Position numbers and translations under genes: made by a program. Source: Octopus vulgaris (lineage: Eukaryota). Taken from it: DNA of 64,000 nt. The number at the start of each line of letters is the position of its first letter. Position 1 is the stretch's first letter. Location of the stretch: assembly GCA_951406725.2 (NCBI GenBank), contig OX597827.1, forward strand, positions 25,978,001-26,042,000. The letters are read 5' to 3'. Positions 26,603-42,198 of this stretch are shown one piece after another. Under the pieces are notes generated by a model that was not told the DNA's origin, did no database searches, and saw nothing but the letters and a program-made list of their open reading frames with translations.

Positions 26603-28087
26603 ACATGCGCGCGCGTCTGTGTGTGTATGTTTGTAAATATGTATTTCGCGACCTGAGCGGAATAATATTGGACATAAATTTCTAAATATAATCCGGAGTG
26701 TGGATTACGTATTTCAGAAGGATTTTCTTCACTTCTCGATGATAGTTTTTTTTTTCTTTTTTTGTAACAGTTGTTAACACACAATGAATAACAACCATTT
26801 ACAACGTGACACATCGTAAGATACCAAAAATCCTTGAAATCCAGTTCCTGTTGGTGTATTCCCAGTTTTCTTTAATTTCTGAATTAAAATCTCACCGTTC
26901 TCCTTTATTCATTTCAGAGGCCGATTAAATTTATATACCTGTAATATGTTGAGGTTTTACTAGCATATTTTAAGGTTTTACACCAATACGAGTTATCAAT
27001 ATAAATACTGTTAGTGATATATGTATAGAGAATTTTCCATCTTTTTCCCCCCTTAATTTCCTTCTCTCCTTTTCTTTATCCATAAATCATTTAAAGATGT
27101 TTGAATATAAATAAATCATTCACAAATTCAGCTTGTGTCTATTATCAACAAAGCATTCCAGATGGAGCGTTTGGCATATTTCAGCAACAGAATCAGTAGA
27201 AAAATTCTGACACACCATCGATTACCGTCATCTGTTTAAGACGTGTAAATTGCATAGAAATTTGTAAATATTTTCCCTTCAATTTCATTACTTTTTTTCC
27301 TACCGAGTGATTCTGTATTCGGTGCAGAAGCAGTTAATATATATATTTTGCCTTTTATTTATATATTTTTTCACACACATATATATGCATATATATTTTA
27401 TGATTCACTTATATTCTAAAATTAATCGTATTTTGTAATATTTCGCAATGAAATTCCAATAACGCTACATAGAAAAAAACCCCCACAAAATGTAAGTTGA
27501 TTTGACAAAACTACTGACAACGGTTGAATACAATCTAAAGTAAATTGTAATTCTTTCAGAAAAATTGTCTAAATAAATCGTTGAATATAATACAAATATT
27601 ATGTAAAACTGAATAATGCCAAAAACATCCATTTAAGCTACATTCTCAGCAACCGAACTTAACAGAAAAATAAACGATTATATGTCTTCATATAAATCGG
27701 TTTATGTTAGATTACAGGTGGCGAATAATGTGGTTAATAGTAAATATATTTGCTAAGAATACGTGTGCTTTATAACACCGTTTCCGTCTAAACTATTCTA
27801 CTGATGACTAAAGTTATGAGTAGAACATTCTTTGACGAAAAACAAGAAATTTCTTATGTGGTGTAAGGTAACGATTTGAATAAAGCGATAAATACTCGGA
27901 AAATTGATGCAAATTGCTTCAATAACAGAAATGAAATTATTAAGAGAAAATCATAGATTTAGGGCGGAACAGCAAGCCTTATTTTGTTTATGGGTACTAT
28001 TTACGATCAAACATACATATATACATTCATACATACATGCATACAGACATGCTTACTTAAATATATACAAATATATGAATGTATATG

Positions 28088-28137
<50 letters not shown>

Positions 28138-28543
28138 GGTATGTATATTGCATGGAAACATGGAAATATGTACACCTATCTATCTATCTCTCTGTCAGTC
28201 TGTTAATCTATCTATCTCTCTATGTGGTGTTTGTGTGTGTGTATAGATAAAGTGTGGGAGAAATAGACAGACAGACAGGGACAGAGTGATGATTATACAT
28301 ACACGCACACACATCCATATATATACCTTTATCATATGTGTATGTTTGCATTTATACAGGTAAATACATTCATACATATATACATACACAAACAAGCATT
28401 CACACCTTTACACACAATCACACTGATGCATATGTACGCGTGTATACATCAGTACGCACATGTGCATGCGATACGAAATACTATATGATGTGTATTGTCA
28501 TATAAGGAAAAGTAAAAGTACATATTTATATGTTTCCATACAA

Positions 28544-28620
<77 letters not shown>

Positions 28621-28941
28621 TACATATATACATATGTGAGTGTCTGTGTGTATGTGTGTGTGTGTGATAGTAAATGTAGAGTACAGCAGTTTGAAGAAAT
28701 CATACACAACAGAATTAAGATATGATAATGACATGTATCACGAACAAAATATATACCACCCCGAGGAATGCATCTTCTATTCGTTTAGCAACGATTTTTT
28801 TTATGAATGATTAAATACTGTATGTATAGTAATCTCTGAAAATGTATAAGTAAATATATGTGTGTTTGCATGTACGCATATATATTTATCTACGTAAATA
28901 TACATACACACACACAGACATACACGTATATAAACATACAT

Positions 28942-28975
<34 letters not shown>

Positions 28976-29925
28976 TATATGTATGTATATGTACGGACAC
29001 TATTTTTTGTAAGATTATTGAACATTTACAATCACATATAAAAAGCTTTTGGTAAGATTGCGTATATATATATATATATATATATTCGTATTTGTGTGTT
29101 TTCGTGCATGTATGTGCACAAGTAAGTGTGCATTTATATTCATTTTATTGTATAAAGAAACAGAGATGTTTTTAAGCTAATGCATGTAAAAAATAATATA
29201 TTTACGTTCGTGTCTGAGTTTGTGTGTTTGTGTGTGTTTACATGCACATATGTTAGTTGTGTTTAGATAACAGTTCAACTAATATAACCTGGTGTTGCAT
29301 AGCACAGAAGATCGCCTTTTGTTAGTTGCAGGATTATGGTACATTACCTCCCCTGCTTCGAGACCTCTTCAACAAAAAAACAAATATTTTACATACGTAA
29401 CCCATTATTAATAGGACACTGGTATCGAATACTTATTCCTACTCACTGAGACCCCTAAATTAACATTTGGGAAAGGCGAAAGTTCAGATATTGATTTGAA
29501 CCATTTCCCACTCCTAAATTAAGATCACAAACAGTTCAACTCATCAACATCGAAATTTTTGAACATGTCTTTCTAATTTATAATTCTGAATTTGCCTGTT
29601 ATGAACATTTTAATTTGTCAACATTGAAACTTGTAAAGATGTTTTTCTAATTCATAATTCTAAATTTTTACCATTGAAAAACAAAAAAAATATTGTTGAA
29701 AATAGCTTTGCATATATATAAATAAATTTAATTTAAAAAATTATAAGTTTTTCAAATTAGGTGCATTTTCAACAACAAATTTGCTTATATTTCACCCTCA
29801 CTTTTTTTTACACACATACGCAAACACACACACACTCACACACACACATTCACACATACACATACACACACACACACACATATGTATATATATATTTATA
29901 TATATGTATATATATATATATATAT

Positions 29926-30079
29926 AGGCTGTGTGGTAAAAAGCTTGCTTCCCAACCACATGGTTCCAGGATGAGTCCCACTTTGTGGCACCTTGAGGAA
30001 GTATCTTCTACAATAGTTTCAGGCCGACAAAAACGTTGTGAGTCGAGTTGGAAGACTGAAACTGAAAGACACTCGTCGT
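29926..30079 (+). mobile_element. SINE family A 5' half
   Basis: GGCTGTGTGGTAAAAAGCTTGCTTCCCAACCACATGGTTCC...GAAACTGAAAGA. Confidence 0.85.
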
Positions 30080-30357
30080 GCATATATATGTATATGCTTC
30101 TTACCACACAACCAAACCTGTGCCTATATGTACATATATATTGTGCGCTTTGTGCGTAGAGTGTTATTATTTAATCGTGACACTGACGAACGCACAGTGT
30201 ATCTATTATTCTAGCCATGGCGTTGCTTGATGATTTTCATTGATGTAAATAGGATTTGCCATAATTTCTCTCTTCTGGTGGGCAGTTGAGGGAAACACTT
30301 TGGCTTAGTTAAGTAGCCCATGAGTTACGAAACACGTTTTAATAATCTCTTTAGTTG

Positions 30358-30411
<54 letters not shown>

Positions 30412-30514
30412 GAGAAACAGACAGCAAAGAAAGTTATTAGATGTATTTGCATCTGTTCGAAGTTCTTCAGCGAAGGCTTTATTCTTCATTGTGTATGCTA
30501 TATCACACCCTCTA

Positions 30515-30522
30515 GCTATCTA

Positions 30523-30553
<31 letters not shown>

Positions 30554-30574
30554 TGTCTGTCTGTCTGTCTGTCT

Positions 30575-30648
<74 letters not shown>

Positions 30649-30772
30649 CCTACCTATCTATCTATCTATGTATCTATCTATCTATCTATTTATCTGTCTG
30701 TCTATATGTATGTCTGTCTGTCTGTCTTTCTGTCTTTCTGGCTGTGTGTCTGCCTGTCTGTGTCTGTCTGAC
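30515..30772. repeat. (TCTG)n/(TCTA)n tetranucleotide array
   Basis: Directly visible. Confidence 0.95.
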
Positions 30773-30804
30773 AGTCTGTCCCTCTGCGTGTCTTAAATAT
30801 ATAG

Positions 30805-30842
<38 letters not shown>

Positions 30843-30857
30843 GCATACGGATGTGTG

Positions 30858-30931
<74 letters not shown>

Positions 30932-30949
30932 TTTTTATACACATATGTA

Positions 30950-31005
<56 letters not shown>

Positions 31006-31479
31006 TGTGGAGGGGGTATGAAAGAGAAAAAGAAAGAGAAACGTAATCGAACATATACGTCAATATCGATGTAGACTGTGATATCTATAAATAAATTACT
31101 GTCGGTGTATAAGACATTGATATTGTATATTGAGGATATTTACATGTAGTTGTATAGATATATTCGTTTTAAAACCTCCTTACATGTACAAACCAATGTT
31201 CCTTATCTCATCATTATTCTACAGTTATAGATGTGAAACTATTGCTAAACATAATTGACATTTATTGGCTTTCTAGTTATGTAGATTAACGTTATACAAG
31301 CCATAAATGTGCCATCTCTTACAGACACGAAATGCGTTAGAATACGTTAATCCAAACGCTGCTAGCGGACAAAAAATCAAAATATAAACGAAAGCTGAGA
31401 GAATTGGTATGCTTATATACATACACATATATGCGTGCTATTGTGTATGTGTGTGTGCATATATTTATTCATATAAAGG

Positions 31480-32040
<561 letters not shown>

Positions 32041-32109
32041 GCCTCCTGTATGCACACACCGATATAGTATGTTATAATAGTTATTTATGCTGAGAATTGC
32101 AATACAAAT

Positions 32110-32320
32110 AAAAGTCCTTTCTACTGAGGGCACAATGGCTGAAATGTTGTAGGGGCGGGGACTAGTGAATTACTTTGACTCCATTGCTCGACGAGCATTT
32201 GTTTCATCGACCTAAAAGGATGAAATCAAAATCTACCTCGACAGAATTTAAGATCAAAACTTAAAGGCGAATGAAATGCCACTAAGCATTTGTTCGACCT
32301 GTTAACAATGTTGCTGGCTC
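32110..32320 (-). mobile_element. SINE family B, degenerate copy
   Basis: Plus strand TTTCTACTGAGGGCACAA...ATCGACCTAAAAGGATGAAA...GAAATGCCACTAAGCATTT parallels 9259-9457. Confidence 0.7.
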
Positions 32321-32559
32321 AATGTAGTATTGTGACAAAGAAGATATAGATAAGTTAGGACCGATAAACGCGAAGGAAAATAGTTGGCATTGGTGTATTC
32401 CACTCAAAGACACATATTAAAAGGCAATACACACCGCGAAACGTAAGAAGACGATGACTTATAAAAGTGAAAGACAGTGTAGTGTTTAGTTATATATTTG
32501 ACGAATTATAGAGAAGAACTTTTAAGGTATGTTGCATAAACCAGAGCCTTATGTATTGT

Positions 32560-33075
32560 GACAAATGAAAGCATAGAAACCATGAAACATTGGCTGCAAG
32601 CTGAGAAACTCAGTACAAGGAAGGACATGGAATTAGACGGAGAATTCGAAAGAAAAAGTAAAACTCATCATAAAATTGGTTGACAAAAATTGATCTTAAG
32701 AGAGATACAAAAAAAAGCCTGTTGATGGAAACGCAGGATGAAACAGTAAACGCAAACTCCATAACGTATATGCATAACTCAGATGAAACAAATAAGTGTA
32801 GGTTTTGTGGGAATGAGGTCGAAAGGGTGACACACTGTGAGTGCCTGTGACACACTTGAGCAGATATAATATACACGACCCGAAGAAAAGTCTGCTTACA
32901 CCTTAAATGGTCTTTATGCAAGAAATGCGTGATTTCATCCACTGAGACATGATATCTGCACAAACCAGAGCAGGTCCTAGAAAATCAAGCCCTGAAAATC
33001 TTGTAGGAATTTACAATTCAGACTGACAAAATTCTTGAATATACGAGGCCAGAAATAACTTTGCTTGAGAGAGGA
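32560..33075 (+). pseudogene. R4/Dong-like non-LTR retrotransposon fragment (CCHC finger and start of REL endonuclease)
   Basis: WLTKIDLKRDT, QDETVNAN, KCRFCGNEVERVTH, WSLCKK, YLHKPEQVLENQALKIL*EFTIQTDKILEYTRPEI. Confidence 0.8.
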
Positions 33076-33296
33076 ACTGTAAAGAGAGGAGATCCTTCAC
33101 AATAATGGTAAAGAAAACGAGAAAAATAGTCCATTATGAGCTTATAAGCTCAGCTAATGCGCATTTTATTTGAGGCCAAATCAATGAAAGACAAAGTCGA
33201 CCTCGGCGGAATTTGAAACCAGGAGTTACAACCGGAAGACAATAGCAGAACACAGGTTCGAGAAATTTCCACCTTAGTAATTCATAATAATAATAC

Positions 33297-33510
33297 TCTC
33301 TTTTACTCTTTTACTTGTTTCAGTCAGTTGACTGCGGCCATGCTGGAGCACCGCCTTTAGTCGAGCAACTCGACCCCGGGACTTATTCTTTGTAAGCCCA
33401 GTACTTATTCTATTGGTCTCTTTTGCCGAACCGCTAAGTGACGGGGACATAAACACACCAGCATCGGTTGTCAAGCTATGCTAGGGGGACAAATACAGAC
33501 ACACAAACAT

Positions 33511-33597
<87 letters not shown>

Positions 33598-33759
33598 TAC
33601 GACGGGCTTCTTTCAGTTTCCGTCTACCAAATCCACTCACGAGGATTTGGTCGGCCCGAGGCTATAGTGGAAGACACTAGCCCAAGGTGCCACGCAGTGG
33701 GACTGAACCCAGAATCATGTAGTTGGTAGGCAAACTACTTACCACACTGCCACTCCTGC
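33297..33759 (-). mobile_element. SINE family A, full-length copy
   Basis: Collinear with 26074-26468, with a longer internal microsatellite. Confidence 0.95.
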
Positions 33760-33770
33760 TGGTAATAATA

Positions 33771-33844
<74 letters not shown>

Positions 33845-34127
33845 CGTACTGAAACCTATTTGAAAATGATTCCAGGCTCACCATCCCTACAAGAAGTGCA
33901 AAAAATGGTATTAACTGGAACGGCTCATGTACTGAGAAGAGCACTATCGCTGTGAAAATAACATCCATCCATGAATTTATTTATTTATTAATTTTTAAAT
34001 ACATATTTTATCTATGAATTTGCGCGTGTAATCTGGGAATGCATACAATGCCCTTCTCTGCCCTATGTGTATGGAAAACATTCGGCGAAAAACGGAAGAA
34101 AATTTGAAGAAAGAAGGAAAAAGAAAT
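33845..34127 (+). mobile_element. R4/Dong-like 3' end within (TAA)n
   Basis: TETYLKMIPGSPSLQEVQKMVLTGTAHVLRRALSL* plus a 3' UTR, with (TAA)n on both sides. Confidence 0.8.
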
Positions 34128-34167
34128 AATAATGATAATAATAATGATAATAATAATAATAATAATG

Positions 34168-34242
<75 letters not shown>

Positions 34243-34403
34243 GATATAGTTGTCAGAGACCATGAAGAAAAAAAATGCTTTCTAATTGATGTATCAGTAC
34301 CGGCAGATGACAACGTGTCTTTAAAAGAAATGGAGAAACTCTCAAAATACAAAGACCTGGAAATAGAGGTAACTAGAATGTGGAATCTGAAAACAGAAAC
34401 AAT
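34243..34403 (+). mobile_element. R4/Dong-like REL endonuclease fragment within (TAA)n
   Basis: DIVVRDHEEKKCFLIDVSVPADDNVSLKEMEKLSKYKDLEIEVTRMWNLKTETI, the (P)D..D..K..KY motif. Confidence 0.85.
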
Positions 34404-34415
34404 TAAATAAAACTA

Positions 34416-34474
<59 letters not shown>

Positions 34475-34479
34475 TAATT

Positions 34480-34653
34480 GTACGTGGAACAAATAGGGGC
34501 TGCAATTAGGGTGGAGCACTTGCAGAAAACAGCACTGCTTGGAACCCCTCGAATACTCCTGAATGTGCTCGAATATTATGAGGTATTACCTTAGTTCACT
34601 GGTAGTGAACAGCTGACTCTGTAGTACATCTCCAGTAGTACATCTGCAAAGGC
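34480..34653 (+). mobile_element. Second R4/Dong-like family 3' end within (TAA)n
   Basis: YVEQIGAAIRVEHLQKTALLGTPRILLNVLE, with a 3' UTR ending GCAAAGGC-(AAT)n. Homologous to 60272-60360. Confidence 0.75.
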
Positions 34654-34722
<69 letters not shown>

Positions 34723-35049
34723 CCTAGACAGAAATTTATAAACAGTTAATGAATTGCTACGCGCGTTTCCACGAATCGAATGACTCTTAAAATCACAGTC
34801 CATGTTCCTGGCATGATTACGGTGTAGTCCGTAGAATCCATGGGCATCCGGTTGATCACCATCATTGATTCACTTCTTCATGCGGTATATATTTAGTGCA
34901 TGTACCACAAAGGGATATTTTTACTAGTATGGAGATCAAGCGAGTTATAACGAAATAGGAGCTTTATATGCTTTTTCAAAACGTTTCCTGTACGCAGATT
35001 GAATATATACATATACATACATACATACATACATACATACATACATACA

Positions 35050-35131
<82 letters not shown>

Positions 35132-35132
<1 letters not shown>

Positions 35133-36893
35133 TATGAAAAGGCACAAAACTACAGTCAACAAAAAATAATGAGGGAACTAAAATCCATATTAAACCCATA
35201 CAAAGCAGGGCTCACCGACAAAGAATATGATTATATGACCAATTTCACAAGCAAAACCAGCCAATTCTACGGTATACCTAAGATCCACAAAAGTGAGAAA
35301 ATAAGCAACGCATGCAAGATAGCTACAGACAAAATAATTAAAGTCCCTAATCCTAATGACCTCAAATTGAGACCCATAATAGCAGGTCCCGCATGCTAAA
35401 CCCACCGCCTCAGTAACTTTTTAGACACCCTGTTAAAACCACTCCTAAAACATGTCAAAAGCTATATAAGGGACGACTTAGATATGCTCAATCACCTACC
35501 GAATACTATAAACAAAAACACCATACTGGTATCCTTCGATGTAGTCAACCTCTACTCCAATATCCCCCACAACCTAGGACTAGAGGCAATCCAATTCTGG
35601 CTAGAAAATCACGCCAACGAACTACCACATCGCATCAAAAAAGAATTCGTGATAGAAGGGGTTAAATTCATCCTGGAAAATAACTTTCGCCTTCAATGAC
35701 AACTTCTACCGACAAAAATCGGGGACTGCGATGGGTACACGAATGGCCCCCTCCTTTGCCAACCTAGTCATAGGATATCTAGAGATCAGTCTGTATCGTA
35801 AGGTTCTAGAAAGATATGGCAGCCCTTTCTCCATCTACATAGAAAACAACTGGAAGAGATATCTAGATGACTGTTTCATCCTTTGGCATAAAAATATAGA
35901 AAAACTCATAGAATTCCAGGAAATTTTAAACGGACTGGACGTAAACATCCAATTCACGATGGAATATAGCCAGCAACAACTCCCCTTAATATAATAGAAA
36001 CAGACATATATTATAAGCCTACAGACTCTAAGCAATATCTTCCATTCAATTCATGCCACCCCAGACACACCAGGATGAATATCCCCTTCAACCTAGCAAA
36101 AAGGGTATGCACTATAGTCTCGAACGCAAACACCAGAGACACACGACTATAAGAACTAAAAGATACCCTTATCACCAGGAACTATCCACCTTCACTTATT
36201 GACAAGTGCATTCAACGTGCCCTTCAACTTAACATCAAGGAACTGAGACATCCCAAATCAAAGAAAAACTTACAACCAAAAGCCTTACCATACATCTCCA
36301 CACACAACCCTCTCAATAACGAAGCCTTCGGCACCATCCTCCACAACATATCCCTCCTAAAAAAAGACCACAGAATGAACACAATCCTCCAAACACACAC
36401 GATCATAAAAAGCAAGAGACAGCCTAAATCCATGAAAAGTCTCCTAACACAAGCCCGAATTCACTCTTCAACACAGAAGCCGACAGTAAAAAAATGTGGA
36501 AGACCCAATTGCGGGATATGCGACTATCTAATTGAGTTCTCCTTCAAACAGGGACAACGGTTTACAGTGAAAAGCAACTTCACATGTGCTTCGGAGAACC
36601 TAATTTACTCACTAACCTGCTCCGGGTGTCAAGAGCAGTACATAGGCCAAACAAAAAATAGTTTGCGTAAACGAATGGCCCTGCACAGATCCCAGATAAA
36701 AATTCCCCAAAACAGAAAAATAGCTTTTAGCCAACACATAGATACTTGCGCCAACCAAAAACACCAAGCTTCATGATTTTCCCCCTCTACCAATTTAGGG
36801 ACGACACAACCTCGAGACAACGAATAAGTAAAGAAACTCTCTTTATTGCAAAATACAGGCCACTTCTTAACCGGTCTACGACAAACAATTAAT
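35132..36893 (+). pseudogene. PLE reverse transcriptase / GIY-YIG endonuclease pseudogene
   Basis: FYGIPKIHK, LRPIIAGP, SFDVVNLYSNIP, GTAMGTRMAPSFANL, RYLDDCF, TDIYYKPTD, Cys motif CGRPNCGIC, NLIYSLTC..C.EQYIGQT. A few stops, frameshifts and small deletions. Confidence 0.95.
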
Positions 36894-37609
36894 ATACCTC
36901 AACTTTAGAATAAAAGAAATATTCACACACAAATATTACATTCCAAAGAATCCATTACTAATCACAGCTAAAATCACAGCTATAATCCATAACATACCGA
37001 CTTCAAGTCATACAACACCTCACTACTTTAACCCATTCATATTCTCCCTTCTCTGTTTTTTCTTCTTCTTCTTCCTCTTCTTCTTCATCATCATCATTAT
37101 CATCATCATCGTCGTCATAATCATCACCACCATCACCCACATCGTCATCTTCTCCTTCTCCTTCTTCTTCTTCTTCTTCATCATCATCATCATCAACATC
37201 GTCATCTTCTTCTTCTTCTTCTTCTTCTTCTTCTTCTTCTTCTTCTACTACTTCTCCACCTCCTACCCCATAACTTTGTCACTAATGTTTTTTAGTATAA
37301 CACCTACGCAAATTCTATAAACAAGCCTGTCAATATAAATATTCTCCTGAATTGAACTGAGACTGCCAGCCGCCACTGACCATTCAAAATACGACCATCA
37401 GGGCACTCCCAGATTCTCCCACCCCCTTTCCTCACCAGCCTTCTTCCTCTACTACCCTACCAAGAACTCACAACGACCTCCAACACACAAGTGCAAACAA
37501 GGGAGTCAGAGAAAGGCAGAATGCCACTTAAATCTGAACACTACTATAGAAATATTCTTTTAAAAAAACTTTTCTTCTAATTTTTCTAAATTTAATTATT
37601 TAATCGTTA

Positions 37610-37647
37610 CAGTTGAAAAGGTCTCAAAATGACCGAAACCGGTACTG
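37610..37647 (+). ncRNA. Minimal type I hammerhead, U3/A8 core variant
   Basis: CAG-TTGAAAA-GGTC-TCAAAAT-GACC-GAAAC-CG-GTA-CTG. All three stems pair, and stem III is the palindrome ACCGGT. Confidence 0.7.
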
Positions 37648-37694
37648 AAATGTTCACTATAAAATTATTTAAGCATTTTCTATTTTTGACTTGT

Positions 37695-37755
<61 letters not shown>

Positions 37756-38029
37756 CCAACAACTGTTCTCTCTACACATTCTTGTTGAATCCACCATATG
37801 TTAAGATATACCTCCTTGCGACAATGTAAAATTCCATTTCATCAAGATACCCTTGGCCTGAAGTATGGCATTCAGTATATACCTCGCTTGGATATTCATA
37901 TCTATTACGTTCCTTAACTTCTATATATATAGACACACTCATATATATATATATATATATGCGTGTGCGTGTATACATACATGTATATATATATATATAT
38001 GTGCGTGTATGTAGTCTATGTTGATGCTA

Positions 38030-38104
<75 letters not shown>

Positions 38105-40794
38105 TAGATAGATAGATAGTTAGATAGATAGATAGATATTTAGATTTATCTCTCTAAATACATCATACATATCTTAATAAATATAAGATAGCGTTTATAC
38201 AATGAGATAGCGAACATAGAACCGCGAAGACGTATTTGTGTAAGTCATCGTGTTTCAATATAATCACTTCTGACAGCCATTTTCGTTTGGAACTGTTATT
38301 AATTAACTCTAAGGCACAACAGATATTTAGAGAACGATTTATATATTATTCATGAATCAACAAAGTTCACTCGTTCTATGAACGATTTTTCACTTTACTT
38401 TCCTATAAAAACTGCCTTTGACATTCTTTTCAAGCATTTTATCAAAACTGATTATATATTAATTATTTAACAGCAATGTTGATTGATGGCTTTTAGAATT
38501 CATACTTCTTTAACGATGTTGTTTAAACGAGTAACTAAAAGTCACTCTTGTCGTTGTTCAACGATATACCCACAATGCAATAGTCACTTTGCACACTGTA
38601 CTGACACAATTTACGCTCAGAAACATAAATAGCAGACAAATTAAATAACAATGTTGTTTAATTCTATTGTCTATTGGTCACGAGTTATGTCGTCAACGTT
38701 TTCTTTTTCATTTGGTCACATGATACAGTATACTCTCTTTCGTTAGCAGTTGCTTTTCTTTCATTCTCTTTGTCTTCCTGATGGTAGCAAACGGCTATCC
38801 ACTCATTCTCTCTCTCTCTCTCCCTCTCAATTCTCTCCTCTCTCTTTCCTTCTCTCTCCCGCTCTTCGCTTCTGTAACAACTGTCAGTTTTGTCTTATTC
38901 TCTGGTGATAACGCCATCTCTCATTTTGTCCTCTCCCTCTTTCTCTCTCTCCCGCTTTCTCTCTCTCTCTTTCTCTCTCCCTCTTTCTCTCTCTCTCTTC
39001 CTCTCTCTCTCTCTCTCTCGTGGTCGCAATATCTACGCTTTATATTTTTATTTCTTTATTGAACTCATCACTGTCATTCTGTCTGTCTGTCTGTCTGTCT
39101 CTCTATCTCGCTCTCTTCAGCCACATTTCACACTCCCACCTCCCATTTATCTCTCACATCACCTTTTGCTCCCATCGCCTCTCTCCTGCCCTGTTTCTTC
39201 CTCTCTTTTACGCATCTTTCAATGCCCTCTTTCCGCTCTCTAACAATACACACACAGAATTCACTGCTTACATATATATGTGCTTCTATAATAAACTGAA
39301 TCTAAAGATCAACAACAAGCAATCCGATGTCAGGAGAGGTAGAGCAAAGGGAGGGAACAGAGAGAGAGAGTGAGAGAGAGAGAGAAAGACTGATAGAGAT
39401 GAATGTAAAGATAAAGGGAGAGAAAAAAGAATGGAGGAGAGTAGAATATGTCATTAGTTGATAACTAATCGAATTTTCATCCAGATATATGTAGATGCAG
39501 AATATAAAACAACAGACATGAACTTGTTATTTATTTTGTTCAGTTTTATAGCAATTGATTATGTTTACAGCGTAGAATTCTGCGTGCAAAATAATCTCTC
39601 ATCGATTTTCAAACAGAATTGATCTCAACCATATATTTCATGCTATGGAAACAAAATAAAATAAAGATGTCGATAACTTAACAAAATGAATGTACAACAA
39701 AAAGAAGAAAAACGAACGAAACAAAAAGTTTTTAAAAAATAAACAACAAACGAATCAAAACAAAATATATAAAACAAAATGGTTTCGTTGAGAAAAACAA
39801 AACTGAAGATGTCCAGTAACAAATGAAATAAATAGACAGTATGAAGTCTCTTTATGTTCTGCTAGGAAGGAGCAAAAAACAAAATTGACAACAAAGGACA
39901 GGAAAAGCAAAATAACAAAATCTCTCTTTCCAGATGCTTCTATTCCTCTACGTTCTACACGTGATCTATGTGACCTTTCGTGGATAACAAAACCTGGTGT
40001 ATTTTTGTTTTCTCGAAATTACCTGGCGGAACATTGGTGTAGAAAGCCAGAACAATAGGAACCACGTTTTAAAGACAATTTCAAATATTACAAGAATAAA
40101 ACAACTTTAAATTTAGTTTTAGTCTTTTTTTTTCATTAGAATGGAATCAACATTTAAACTTTCTGTACTCTCTTTAACTAAAATTCCAAATAAAATTCAA
40201 AAGAAAATATATAGTATATAACCTTGCCTTATGCCTTGCTGTTTTCGAACATAGAACACGAATGGATTGTATCTACATCTTTTGTCAAACAAAACATAGA
40301 ATACTTACTATTTTGATAGACAGTACTTTGTTTTTGGTCACGAGGATGAGGATTGTGTTAATAATATTGCATTAGATTTTACGAACAGAGCATAACTAAA
40401 AAACAAAGACCTCTAGTGAAGGAAAAAGCCACAAAGGATGTTGGACTACCTTGTGCTGTGGAAGGTCAATTAGTTTGAACTTAGCAGCCGACTTCTACAA
40501 TTGAAGACAGATGCAAATCAAGATCGATCTCTGTGGAATTAGGAATTCAAATGGGAAGAGACATAAAGGAAATACTAACCTTTTTTCACATATTGGTAGC
40601 ATGTCTCAAAGAGTAACAAACTTTGGACAGTCTTTTTGCAATTTTTGATAGGGTTCAGCAAAATGAGACTGCAATTGAATTCCTGGATGTGAAAATGGGG
40701 GATTTTCTTCATCATCATCAGTGGAATTACTTACAACAGGCAACCAGCGAAGCTATATTCCGTTTTCTTTTGTCATATCTTCCTTCACTTGTTC

Positions 40795-40950
40795 CAATCA
40801 AGAAGAATGTTAGTCGAACGAAACGACTACAGCACATATTTTTATTTTTTAAGACTAGTTCTTAGTCTTATGCCAAACCGTTAAGTTAGGGAACGTAAAC
40901 ATGCCAACACCGGTTGTCAAGCGGTGGCGGGGGAATCACAAACACAAAGA
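40795..40950 (-). mobile_element. SINE family A 3' fragment
   Basis: Plus strand AACCGTTAAGTTAGGGAACGTAAAC...CGGTTGTCAAGCGGTGG matches the tails of other copies. Confidence 0.7.
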
Positions 40951-41002
40951 AACACAAACAGTATAATATATCTATCTATCTTTCTACCTTTCTCTCTATC
41001 AG

Positions 41003-41070
<68 letters not shown>

Positions 41071-41073
41071 ACC

Positions 41074-41106
<33 letters not shown>

Positions 41107-41149
41107 TATCTATCTATCTATATATATATATATATACTAACGATAATAT

Positions 41150-41925
<776 letters not shown>

Positions 41926-41976
41926 CAACGAATTAAAAGCAGTGCCAGTGTTATAAACCTTATTCCCCATACATAC

Positions 41977-42198
41977 TCAATGTATGTGTTGCATATGTTC
42001 GTCGGTTTGCTGTGCCATAGCGCCTGAGGTACGACTCCCTCATTACGCTGGGTGTTAAAAGATCCCGAACATCATAGACAATGACACAACCTCTCCCACG
42101 ATCACATTCACGAGTGATGGATACGTATATTTCGCCATTTTGGGGGCTTATCCACATCACGAACCTGAATCGAAGCGGGGGCGGATCGAATCGCCACT
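41977..42198 (-). CDS. Candidate internal coding exon (222 bp, phase 1-1) of an unidentified gene
   Basis: Acceptor TTTTATATTGCTTTAG, donor GTATGT, open frame (EWRFDPPPLRFRFVMWISPQNGEIYVSITRECDR...), CpG-rich non-repetitive sequence. No recognised homolog. Confidence 0.3.

Larger units (their letters stand above)
35132..37700 (+). mobile_element. 5'-truncated Penelope-like element (Neptune-type) inserted in (TA)n
   Basis: RT and GIY-YIG coding region, then a 3' pLTR-like region with a hammerhead at 37610-37647. (TA)n lies on both sides. Confidence 0.93.

Noticed and set aside
27799-27845. CTGATGA...GAAA hammerhead candidate
   Set aside because: Stems I to III do not pair.
38660-38730. CCAAT and E-box-like motifs (ATTGGTCACGAG, GGTCACATGAT) as a promoter
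   Set aside because: Short motifs are expected by chance and there is no linked gene start.
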